DNA from: Jimgerdemannia flammicorona | Taxonomy: Eukaryota | Assembly: GCA_003990765.1 (NCBI GenBank) | Contig: RBNJ01000214.1 | Coordinates: 1-36,529 of the forward strand | Direction: 5' to 3' | DNA length: 36,529 bases | Translations under genes and position numbers: made by a program | In this document: piece after piece, positions 21,927 to 33,769 of the stretch | Position numbering within the stretch: position 1 is the stretch's first letter | Layout of the letters: each line of letters begins with the position of its first letter | Notes under the pieces: model-generated | Seen by the model: only the letters and a program-made list of their open reading frames with translations | What the model was told of the DNA's origin: nothing | Database searches by the model: none

Positions 21927-24900
21927 GATATAGTCTTCAATAATCACAGGGGCAGAAGGCTTAGAAATTCAACCAGGGTAGAGCAGTAACTGGTTCTAGA
22001 TCTTAAGGTGTAATATATGAAAGATCAGGTGTACTCTTATGATTTCAGGTAGCTTGAGGTGGTAGGAGGATACAGAGACTTGTTCAGTGATCTTGAAAGA
22101 TCTAATATACTTGGGTTGGAACTTGTTTGAAGGGTGGTTGACTTGAGATTATATCTTAAGGTTCTCAGTAGACAGTAGGACTTAGTCTCTAATAGTATAA
22201 GTAACATCATAGTGTTTCTTATCAGCATACTTGGCTTGATACTATTGAGCCTTCTGGAGGTTCATGGTAGCATTCTTGAAAGAGAATAGACTTACAGGGG
22301 TCTCAGGATCTTGACTGTGGAGTAATCAGAAAGAGAAAAGACTAGTAGATGATTTGACAGCATTGTTGTATACAAACTCCATATAAGTCAGATAGTGGTC
22401 CTAATTATCTTGCTCATAAGAAATATAGTTTCTAAGCATTTGTTCTAGGGTTCTGTTCATACACTCAGTTTGTCCATCAGTTTGTGGGTGAAAGGCAGTA
22501 GACATAGCCAATTTGATTCCCAGGGTCTTAAAGAGAGTTTGCCAGAAGTGACTGGTGAACTTGGGGTCATAATTACTGATAATTACTTATGGTAGGCCAT
22601 AGTAATAGAAGATGAACTTAAAGAAGATTCTTGCAATACATATCAAGTATAGTAGCATTGGTAGTGGTTGGTTTAGCAACCATAGTCTTGGTCAGGCAGT
22701 CAATGAATATGATAATAGTATTTGCACCAGATTGAGTTCATGATAGTTGAGTTACAAAGTCCATAGTGATTTGCTCAAATGTCTTGATAGGAATTGGTAG
22801 TGGTTATAGCAAACCAGCAGGTACTTGGTTGGTAGACTTGTTGCACTGACATAGATCACAGCTGGCAACATAGTTCTTGATTTCCTTGACTATGTTTGGC
22901 CAATAGTAGCAATATTGGATGTTCTTGACAGTCTTCTCAATTCCCAGATGATCAGCAAGAGGGGAGTCATGGTGTTCTTATAAAACCTTATAGTGTAGGT
23001 TCATGTTTTCAGATAGGTAGACTTGATCTTGATGATAGATCAGATTGTTCTCAACAATATATATATCCTTGAACTTATTCAAGAAAACTCTAGTAGCAAC
23101 TATATCTTCTTTGTAAGCTTGCTTGATTTGGTCTAGGAATTCTGATGCCAAGGTAATCTGCATGATTGTGGTGAGGTCTGGGCATCTTGATAAGACATCT
23201 GATACTATAAGTATCTTGCCAGGCTTGTAGATAATCATTGAGTTGAAGGTTTGAAGCTTGAGGCTCTACTTGGCTTATAGATACGTATGACAGGGTAGGT
23301 TGGGTGTTGATATACTTGAGAGATTGATGATCAGTAATGACATCAAACTCAACACCTTCTAAATAGTATTGCCAGTGGTCTAGTGCATATATTATTGCCA
23401 GTAGTTCTTTTTCATGAGTAGCTAGCTTTTGTTCAGCTGGGGCTAGCTTGCAGGACTCAAAAGCAATAGGGTGATGTCCTTTGCCATCATCTTGTAATAA
23501 GACTGCTCTAATGGCAAAATTTGATACATTAGTGATAATTATAAATTTTAGGCCTTGATCTGCATTATTCAGAACTGGAGTATGGGTCAGGTAGTTCTTG
23601 AGTTCTTAAAAGGCTTGTTGACAGAAGAGGTCCCAGGTTAGGGTACATAGTGGTCTGAGTGCAGGGCCTTCCTCATGAGGTTAGTCAGTGGCTTGGAATA
23701 TCAGAGAAGTTTCTGACAAAGCAGCAGTAGTAGCCAGCTAGACCAAGGAAGGATCAGAGTTCTGTGAGGTTCAATAGAATGGGCTATTCTTCAATTGCTT
23801 CTATCTTGTGTGGGTCTACTTGAATTCCTTATGCAGAGACAATGTGGCCAAGGTATTTGACTTGTTCTTTGAAGAATTCACACTTCTTGAGCTTAGTATA
23901 GAGCTTGTGTTTTCACAGAATCTCCAAGACTATTTGAATGTATTTGAGATATTCTTCTTTAGTTGTACTAAAGATCAGGATGTCATCAAGATATACCAAC
24001 AGGAAAATAAATAGTTGGTCCTTGAATATCTTGTTCATCAGAGTCTGGAATATGGCAGATGCATTTATGAGACCAAATGCTAAGACCAGGAATTTGTAGA
24101 GTCTAAAGGGGGTCATGAATGCAGTCTTGGAAATGTCTTCTGGTTTGATTTGAATCTAGTGGTATCCTGATATAAGGTCTAACTTGGTGAAGTACTTGGC
24201 ATTCTTGAGAGCATTGAAGATTTGATCAATCAAGGGTAGTAGATAGCAGTTCTTGACAGTAAGTTTGTTGAGTACATGATAGTCTATACACATTCACAGA
24301 GTACTATCCTTCTTCTTGATTAATAAGACTGGTGAGCCATAACGCTATATGGCTCCTCATACAAGTAGTTCTTCTAGTTTCTTCTTGACTGCTTCAATTT
24401 TGAGTGGCAACATACAGTATATATGTTTCTTGGGTGGTATAGCTCCTGGGGTCAGTTCGATTTCATGATCAACTTCTCATATAGATGGTAGACCTGATAG
24501 CTTGTCTGGAAAGACATTCTTGAATTATTCTAGTAGTAACTTAATGCTTTCATTGACTAATAGTCTCTTGTCTTGTTTCTTGGGATAGACCATTATAATA
24601 AAGATATGCATTGCTTTCTTGAGTACTCTCTTGTACTATAGCTAATAGTATTGCAATCTGGGTCTTGCTTGTGGTCTTGTCTGTCTTGATAGTGATATTG
24701 GCTCTATCTTGAAGTAGGGTGACTTCATTCTTGTACCAATCAATATCTGGGTTGTATTTTGTAAGCCAGAGTTTTCCTAATATCAGAGCATGATCTCCTA
24801 GTAGTGCAATCTCAAAGTCTACTTGTTCCCAATATTTCTGGATCTTGATGGGTATTTTGGTGGCAATTGACTCAATGGGGTGCAGAGTACTATCTGCAGT

Positions 24901-25080
24901 GACTATACTATTGTTCTTGAGTACAGGCTTGGTAAGGATCTTGAGGCTTTTGATGAGATTCTGATTGATGAAGTTTCCTGCAGCTCTGCTGTCTATGAGT
25001 ACTTGAACTTCTTTTCCTTTGACTAGGCCTTTGAAAATGATCATATCTTGAGCTCAATTTTCACTAAGACTTGCTGCTTG

Positions 25081-25491
25081 ATCAGTGCTGCCAAAATCTT
25101 TTTAATCTTGTTTAATTTCAGGGAGTTCTTGGACTTCTGTAATCTTGAGTTGACTGGCTTTTTCTAGGATCATTTGTATAACTCAGTCTCCTTTCTTGAC
25201 TATGTAGTCTTGATCCTTCTGATTGATAAGTAGAACTTGAACTTGTCCTCAAAAGTCTGAGTCAATGATACCAGTGCCTATGTCTAAATGATGTTTGATA
25301 CTGAGTTCTGATTATGGTGCAATTCTGGTATAATGTCCTTCAGGACATTGAACTGCAATTCCAGTAGGCACCAGAGTTCAGCCCTTGGCTGGAATAGTGA
25401 CTTGTTTTACTGAGTGTAGGTCAAGACCTATGGCTCCTTCTGTTTAATATTGAGGGGTCTGGGCCTTTAGATGAAGCTTCTTGACCTTGAG
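25081..25491 (-). pseudogene. dut: dUTPase domain between gag and protease in E
   Basis: LKVKKLHLKAQTPQY*TEGAIGLDL...VPTGIAV...RIAP*SELS...GIIDSDF*GQVQVLLIN...KGD*VIQM...FGST (frameshifted). Confidence 0.9.
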
Positions 25492-27022
25492 CTCAGGTTG
25501 ACTGGTAGTGGGATTGACAGATATATCCTTGGACAATATGGTGACTGGTCTTGAGGGTTTGCTGTTCTTCTTAGGACATTTAGTTGCAATATGTCCTGTT
25601 TGGTGACAAAAAAAACAGGCTCTGGATTTCTTTAGATAGTCCTTTTTTTCAGAGTTGAGCTTGGCATTCTTTTTGTTCATAGTGTCTAGGTCTATTAATA
25701 TCAGGCCAACTGTTCTTGGTTGGTTCTTGTGGTGGTTCTTGAAGTGGTTTTTCTTGTGGTGTTCTGGTTCAAAGTAGTTACTAAAGGTGATGACATCAAA
25801 CCTATCAGCAATTCTCATGACTTCATCAAGGTTTTTGGGCTCTTCTAGCTTGACCTTGACTCATGTGTTTCTCTTCAAGCCTCAGACATAGTGGTCTATC
25901 TTTTTATCCTCAGATATTGCTGGTAGCTCAAGTAGGATTGACAGGAATTGTATATTATAGCTTTATATAGACTAAAGTTGCTTGATGTTTGCTAGCTTGT
26001 CTCTAGCTAGTTTGGTGGCATTAGCAGGCTTGAACTGCTTGTGAAGGGCTCTCTTGAAGACTTCCCAGTCTCTGATTTGTATATATGAGTATACAGAGAT
26101 AACTATGATATAATTGTACTAATAGATGACTGTATTTTCTCAGAGAAGTGTGGTAGCAAATTGGACTTGCATGTCATCTTCCATTCTTGTGAGCTTGAAG
26201 TATTGGTCCAACTGAAAGGTCCATGTATCTGTAGATAGTCCTCCTCAATAGCTGTCAAAGGTATCTGGTTGAGTGGCTTGAAACTGACTAGTGCTATAGT
26301 GGAATGTGATATACTTACAGTTTGTGTTTTCTGCTATTCTAGTTATACTTGAAGTTCTTGGATTTGGTGGACCATAGTATTGATCATGTCCTCTATACTG
26401 AGTTGCTGTCCTCCTGCTTCTTCTGTAGCAGAGGGGTCTAGCTGGTAGACTGACTCTTCATAGCTCATTTCGGATTTATGTGACTATTTGTGACTGGTTT
26501 CCAAATTCATATGAGGTTTCTTAATAAGGCAAGATATATTGATACTGCTGCTACCAAGTGTAATGGTTCTAGTTTCTTTAAGAGGAAATGGCTAAATCTG
26601 AGAGTTCTAATTGGCCTAAAGTAGCTTGAAGAGATACTTAAAGGTTCAAGTGATCTTAAAGGATTTCTGGGAGAAAATATTCTGAGCTTTATTTAGGCAG
26701 AGAATAAGGATATTTATATATAATCTGAAAGAAAGATCCAGAAGGATCTTGGAAAGAAAGAGAAATGCCAAGAAATAGGTTCTCAGTAAAGCTGACTAAT
26801 ACTATTCTATAATGTTCCAAAAGGTTCTATGACTAGCTAAGACATGATACTTGGTGCCAAGGAAAGACAAGAATATTCTAGTAGTATCTGGGTACTGAGA
26901 GAAGGTTTCTAAGCAAGTAGAAGGTAGTAGAACATAGTAGAATGTTCAAGAAATGATAAGAAAAGACTAACTAAAAGATGCAAAAATGTACTAAGACTAA
27001 ATATGACTGTAAAATTATTACA

Positions 27023-28550
27023 GAACTATTGGTATTAAACAATAGATACTTTGCAAAAGACTGCATCATTGAGTTAATAGCCAGATCACTTCTTAGTTTA
27101 AGAGACAATGTTACAAGAATTAATTACTGAAAAATTCCAAATGAACTACTATACCAAACAGACTTCTGTCACCCACCGCTTTTAAAGATATAAACCTCCT
27201 AAATTTGAAGATACTGTTTTGTCTCTATGCCATCTGCTGTTAATTGCTTGTTCTAGTTATCAGCCTTATTTCTATAAACTATTAGTATTAAATAATAGAT
27301 GCTCTGTAAAGGACTGCATTGTTGAGTTAATAGCCAGATCACTCCTTAGTTCAAGGGAAAATATTACAAGAATTAATCATTAAAAAATGCCATATGAATC
27401 ACCATGCCAAATAGACTGCTATTATCCAACTTTTGAAGATATGACCTATTAACCACACTTGATAAGTCTGGAAGCCATCTCATAACGTATGATTTGCTGC
27501 TACCTGACTTTTGAAGATATAACCTATTAACTACACTTAATGAGTCTGGAAGCCATTCTGCAACATATAATTTGCCACCTGACTTTTGAAGATATGACCC
27601 ATTCTGTAATATATGATTTGCTGCCACCCAACTTTTGAAGATATAAACCTCTTGAATTTGAAGATACTGTTTCATCTCTATGCCATCTGCTGTTAATTGG
27701 TTGTTCTGATTGTCAGTCTTATTTCTGTGAACTATTGATATTGAACAATAGATGCTCTATAAAGGACTGCATCATTGAGTTAATAGCCAAGTCACTCTTT
27801 AGTTCAAGAGACAATATTATAAGAATTAATTGCTAAAAAATATCAAACAAACCACCATATCAAATACTATCTGACTTTTGATGACATATGAACTGCCTGA
27901 GTGAAGAATATTACTCAACATATGAATGGACCATCATAGAGAATTAAAAGACATCATATATGAACTGCCTAAGTGAAGAATGCTGTCTGACCTTTGAAGA
28001 TACTGTCACCCACCTGACTTTTAAAAATACTGTTGTCTGACTTTTGACAATATATGAACAGAATGGACCATTCAGAAGAATTAAAATGATATCATTTATA
28101 AACTATCCAAGTGAAGAATACTGCCTGACATAAGAATACTGCCTAACTTTTGATAACATACAAACTGCCTGAGTGAAGAATACTGCTCAATATATAAATA
28201 AACCACTCTGAAGAATTAAAAGATATCACCTGAGTTAATTATTTGAAGAACACCACCTGCCACAAACAAACCACCTGAGATAACATGTAAATAGACCACT
28301 ATACAACATATGAATAGACTACTACAGAGAATTAAAAGATGCCATACAAACTGTCATCCAACTTTTGATAACATATAAATGGAACAGACTACCCTGGAGA
28401 ATTTGAAGATAAGCTGTCACCCAATTTTTGAAGACCCCATCACCTAAACTGCCACCTAAACTATTATCTGATTTTTGAAGACCCTGTCACCCAAAACTGC
28501 TGCCTGAATTAATTATTTGAAGACTTTTGAAACCTTGAATAACATTTTAA
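27023..28550. repeat. mosaic repeat array forming the interior of element C
   Basis: Three copies of a ~190-bp unit (first split by E; ~27225; ~27680), ~75-bp units at 27420-27650, aactgcctgagtgaagaata units, and over a dozen (c/t)(a/g)acttttgaaga motifs. Confidence 0.85.
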
Positions 28551-28667
28551 CAATTGCCTGGATATATCATAAATATGTCTATATAGGGGAAACAAATGTA
28601 TAAACATTATAATGTAAGAATTTGAATAGGTATTTTTGTGTCAAAAATAACCTATTCAGGGGGAAGA

Positions 28668-29048
28668 TGTGATGTATGGTATGAAATTGAAATAGGAAAT
28701 AGACATTTGATCATAGTACCTGAATCTAATTTCCAATTTAGTATAGTCCTTTACTGTGGATACTGCATCTAAAACATTATCAGTGAAACTCTTATTACTT
28801 TTATAAATTTTAGATAGGATTTCACATGAGATTCTACCTGAGACTTTTACATGAAAAGACTTAATACTTAGCTACATATTTAGTAGTAGAATTAGCACAA
28901 AATCTGTATAAATAACTCAATATTTTAGAGTAAATAAACCTCAGTCAGATCAAGTCAGTTTAATTCCAAAATAAGTCTTTTTTATATACCCTTTCTCTCT
29001 ATTTCAAAATCCTTCCAACTCACCAAGTTCCACATCTACTATATTATA
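28668..29048 (+). repeat. 3' LTR of element C
   Basis: Direct repeat of 20437-20819, preceded by the PPT and followed by TSD CTGT. Confidence 0.92.
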
Positions 29049-30770
29049 CTGTATATTTACAACTACTCTCTATATCTTAGAAACTGTTTTCAGAGAATAT
29101 ATCTTATCAAGGTATGAAAATTGCAAATAAGAGGCCATACATTTTGGGCAGATTTAATTTATATTAATTAGGCAGATCAAATATACTTCTGAATAATTGA
29201 CCATAAAGGACATAACTACTAGATAGCAATCATGAAGTTTGTTATCTGGTCTATATATATATAATAATACTACTACAAAATATATTTGTGATTAGCTATC
29301 AAATAAAATTTTTATCTAAATAATTTTGTAATTACAAATATTATCTTTTTTCTGCTACAGATAGTCTATAAAGTACTCATGATATATATCTATGATATAG
29401 AACTGTTTTCACTTTATAAAAGAAGTATTTTTTGGTCTCTTTAGGAGTTTCTTTAATAATTGGAAAATATACAATTACTGGGAATATATTTTATAAGTAT
29501 ATTCACTGAATATAGTTAGAGAGATTATTAATAGAAATATATAGTAGATACATTTTGGTTCATCTAAGCAAATCACAATATATTTGATCAATCTCAAGTA
29601 ATACTAGAATTACTATTGTACTAAGTGAGAGTTTCTCCTATAGTTTGGAAAAAGAATTATAGTTTATGAACAGTGAGTATACTGACTGATTATCTGTGAA
29701 CTTATTATTTTATCTATATTTACTACTAAAAATTATTCCAATATATCTCAGAGTACTTTTATATATTATCTATAGTATAGTATTTCTCTACTTTAAATTT
29801 CATATTGTTCTTGAATAAAGCATTTGACATCAGCTTATATAGAACAGCAAATAGATCTCAATAAAATAATACATATTTACCAGTTCAAGTTTCAGATATA
29901 TGAGTAATATATATTAAACTTTATAATTGAAGAGCTAATTTGAAAAAGAGAATTACTAAATATTTATTGATTTAACAGAAACATTAACTATTTAATTATA
30001 TACTACTCTATTTTTGGCTACTATATCTAAAAGTTTTATTATCTCTCTTGAGTTTGTGAACTGGAGCTACTCATTCATCATTGAAATTTTTCTATCTACA
30101 AATGTATTAAGAAGTTTATCTGCAATATTTCAGAATATATTTCTACTTTGAAGTAATAGATTCATGAGCCAAATTTCTTCCAAGAATATTAAGGATTATT
30201 TGCATCAGTTAGAGGTATCCATCTAAGTTTAGAAATAAATATATTATGCTGTATAAGTACTTTCTTACTATTGTTAATCTGACCATCAGTTAGTTCATAA
30301 ATAATATAATCCTTGCTGAACTCTAATATAGTAGATAGACTTCTCTGATCTTGAATTAAATTATCATTCTCTTTAAATAATTGTTTTTTCTCTTAAATTG
30401 AATTATTACTTTTGCTAAATAATAAACTTTCTTAATCTTAAAGATAGACTATTACTGCTGATATTATTTTGAATTATATATATATACTTAGCATGATTAT
30501 CTGAAATCTTCCAAGTTCATTTACATAGATTGCTCAAACTTGAAATATGTATAGAATTTAAGGTTAACTTATGAACTGTAGGTAAATTTATAGACAATAT
30601 TAAAGTTACTAAAATCTTGACAAACTGGAAATTCAAGGATAGACTTATCATTCTGATATTATATAAGTATATCATGTATTTTGCAGATATATCAAGTCAA
30701 TTCTGAGGCAGATTTGTACTTTAGGTTGTAATATGAGTAAGAAAGTTTTATATTAGTATTAGGTTTGAAG
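29049..30770 (-). pseudogene. Plavaka-type transposase, N-terminal/core part with degenerate C2H2 finger, probably intron-containing
   Basis: YVLFY*DLFAVLYKLMSNALFKNNMKF...KYSEIYWNNF** (~29875-29720); DQIYCDLL..MYLLYISINNLS; LYHRYIS; RPDNKLHDCYLVVMSFMVNYSE..CPKC. Zinc-finger remnant SYSYYNLKYKSASELT*YICKIH (30745-30674). Confidence 0.65.
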
Positions 30771-31505
30771 TAGAAGAATAATATAAATTTTAACAGTAAG
30801 TTTGTGATCATAAAACATGCTAGTCTAAAATCAAATTCTTTAAATTCTTTATCTGATTGGCTTTGCACTTTTGCTCTTAATATACTTACTTGAGATACTT
30901 GCTTAATATATACTTATTTAATATACTTATACTTTATTATATTAACTAAATATAAGTAAACAAGCTTTATATTCACTTATTAGACTTTCTGACAATATCT
31001 GCATATATGTTCATTATAAACATTATAAATATAAAAAGAGGTCTTCATCTGAAAGAATTATATCTTTTCTTACTCCTCCTACTATAATCTCTTCATACCT
31101 AAAGATAACAGATTACATCCTAAGATGAATAAAATATACCTCAGTATGAATAATAAGTGCTAAGCTATAAACAATATATACTAAGCTACAACCAAATTAT
31201 ATCAGTTCTGTGAAACTAAGAAGCAGTAGACTACAAACAGAATATAGACTATAAAGGTGTACAAAACTAAGGAGCAGACTACAGACAGACTACACCAGAT
31301 CATAAAGGTTTACAAAATCAAAAAGTAGACTATATTATATCCAGACAAGGTCAATACCAGTAAGTTTATAGCTTCCAACTTCAATGAGAGAGCAGTTAAA
31401 TAACAAAAGACTATATAATATCAAGATGAAGACAGAGTTAGTGGATAAGGTAGGATAGTAAACAAGACAGAGATGATGAATGACCTGAGCTTATAATTAG
31501 TACTC

Positions 31506-31817
31506 TTTTTTTTTTATAGTTACAAGGACTTCTACTTTATTACCAAACCATCTATGATATACTTATATACTTAATATAGAAGAACCCCTTACCTAATTCT
31601 ACTTGAGAGCTTACTATTCCTCTAAAATGCCACCAACTCTTCTATTACTCTAATTCTCCCCCCACTCTTCCTACAGATTGTCTCTACCAGTCTTCTCCAG
31701 TACTCCTTCCCAGCACTCTATCCCCTCTACTACCCATTTAATAGGTCTATCATCAGCCACTCTCATCTAGCAATTCTCACCCCCAAAGTCAGCTATTTGC
31801 TATCTTCAAATATATAC
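31506..31817 (-). mobile_element. 5'-truncated LINE 3' fragment
   Basis: T10 at 31506-31515, AATAAA on the minus strand, flanking 14-bp duplication TATAATTAGT(A/G)CTC (31492-31505, 31818-31831). The tail resembles 1-104. Confidence 0.7.
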
Positions 31818-31823
31818 TATAAT

Positions 31824-32175
31824 TAGTGCTCTCAATAAATCAAATCAAAGGTCCAATTTGATTCAATTTTGAATTGAATCAAAGATCAAATTTGATTTAA
31901 GATTTGATTTGAATCCTATTTTTTGAAATATAATAACTTTACAAAAACATGTTTAAATTTAATAATCTTTATCTTATTATATTTCTCTATATAGGAGAAA
32001 TCTAATAAGCAAAAGATATTTAATTTTGGACATGTTTTCATCAAGTTATTACATTTTGAAAAATAGAGTTCAAATTGGACCTTTAATTCAATTTGATTTG
32101 AACTTGATTTAAATTAAAAAAACCCCAATTTAATTTAATTCAAATAACTCTCAATTTAATTCAATTAAATTCATT
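31824..32175. mobile_element. degraded palindromic MITE-like element
   Basis: Starts TAGTGCTC like the hAT MITE and has inverted arms centred on atttctctatataggagaaat (~31990). Right end and TSD uncertain. Confidence 0.55.
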
Positions 32176-32189
32176 ATATAATTCAGGAT

Positions 32190-33493
32190 AATAATGTATT
32201 TCTGTATAGTAAGATGCTTTTGGATAATAAGGTGCTTTTAAATAATGAGGTGCTTCTAGACAATGAGGTACTTCTAAACAATGAAAAGCTTCAAGATGAT
32301 GATATAGAAGCTTGTTTAGTCAGGTATATAGAACAGATGGTTAAGTAAGATAGAAAAAGAAATAGATAAGTTGTTTTTAAAAATGAGTTCAGGAATTATA
32401 GTTTATATATTATAACTTATTTGTAAATTTTTGTATCATAATTTAGTAGATCTATAGATATTAACAACCTTTGTCAGAAATATAAGATTAATGAAGTAAT
32501 CTGAAAGCTTGTAGTAGATATGCTTCTTCATTATCTTTTTCTTAAAGATCTTTTCCCAAAGTGTGATAGTAATCTGAAAACAAATATTATTGTTAAAATT
32601 TTGAAGGATATAGGCTTAAAGGCCAAAGACAGTGATGGTTCAATTTATGCTATAGTGAGTATTTAATTCTCATTCTATTCATATATTTATTTGGCAGTTC
32701 ATAAACTCAACCATTTTCATTTTTATTAAAAAAATATTTATACTATCAAATTATAGTCTACCATTTCTACATTTGTAAAGTCTTTGATAAAAAGTTTGAT
32801 CAAATCTTCTCTAATATAAATCAGCCATGATCTATAACTTCAAAATCTCTTTCTTATGCTTACCAATAAGCTGTATAACATTTGTAAGTCTATAATAATA
32901 ATATTTATCTGAAGGATAATAAGAGTGAGCTCAATAAGCTATTCTATAACAACTATATAAAGTAACTACACTATTTCATATTTTTCAAATAGAAATCTCA
33001 GTTCATAAATATATTTCAAAAAGACAAACATATTAACTATTATATATTTACTATTATTTGCATATTTGTAAGTATATTTTCAAGTTTGTAGATTTATATT
33101 ATTTACTAATATATATTTATTTAGTATATACTTATCTCTTTATAATTATAGCTGGATTATATTATCTGGTCTGATGTCTAACTAAGGACTTTCAATGATA
33201 GAGAGTCTAAGAAAATATATATAAAATAGTTTAGAATAATTAACAAGATTTGTAACTATATTAATCTATTTGAGATTGAAAAAACTATTTATAACCTATA
33301 TAAAGATATTAACTCAGATGAAGATGATGAGACAATTGACATCTTTAATGTTTCTCTTTTATTGATCTAGTTCAAGAGAGAGATAAGCAGAATATAGAGA
33401 AGAATATATAGTATGAGAAACTGTTTACAAAAAAAGAAAGTATTTGTAAAAGTGAAGTGTCTGCAGAGGAAAATATTCACAGAAGTATTTTAA
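32190..33493 (+). pseudogene. unidentified degraded, probably intron-containing gene remnant
   Basis: 18-bp coding-like repeats (DNEVLL, 32205-32295) and protein-like segments (LKDLFPKCDSNLKTNIIVKILKDIGLKAKD; DINSDEDDETID) separated by AT-rich gaps. Confidence 0.3.
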
Positions 33494-33559
33494 ACAAAAA
33501 AAGAAATTAAATAATCTTTTTTGAAAATTAAATCTTATATTTATCTATTGTTTGCAAGC

Positions 33560-33700
33560 TATTCATATCTATAAAATATAAGTTCATACTTATATTAAAG
33601 AGTTCATATCTATCATTAATAAAATAAATTCATATCTATAGTAAATGTTCAAATCTATATATATTCTTATCTATAAAATATGTTCAAGTTTATAATATAC
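33560..33700. repeat. cluster of short TTCATATCTATA-like repeats
   Basis: About six imperfect copies at ~20-bp spacing. Confidence 0.55.
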
Positions 33701-33769
33701 TATTATAAATATATATTAGAATTCATGAATCTCTGATGAATAAACTTAGAACTGAATTATTTTTTCATA

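Larger units (their letters stand above)
21449..26468 (-). pseudogene. gag-pol: gag-dUTPase-protease-RT-RNase H-integrase-chromodomain polyprotein of E (degraded)
   Basis: ATG at 26468; PDTFD..WTFQLDQYF; CFFCHQTGHIATKC; IDSRAAGNFI; YLDD (~23990); HDSPLADHLG; FHPQTDGQTE. Confidence 0.92.
20984..27022 (-). mobile_element. chromovirus-type Ty3/Gypsy element E nested in C
   Basis: ~465-bp LTRs at 26559-27022 (5') and 20984-21448 (3'), 5-bp TSD GAATC/GAACT (both derivable from GAACC), PBS TGGTAGCAGCAG (26556-26545, initiator-Met-like), PPT AAGGAGAGAGAGA next to 21448. Confidence 0.95.
20437..29048 (+). mobile_element. non-autonomous LTR retroelement C (LARD/TRIM-like), interrupted by element E
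   Basis: ~380-bp LTRs at 20437-20819 and 28668-29048, 4-bp TSD CTGT (20433-20436, 29049-29052), PBS at 20823, PPT AGGGGGAAGA at 28658-28667. The ~1.8-kb interior is repetitive with no recognisable gag/pol. Confidence 0.9.

Noticed and set aside
27373..27675. 100-aa minus-strand ORF inside element C
   Set aside because: It arises from tandem ~75-bp repeats; no domain similarity is evident.
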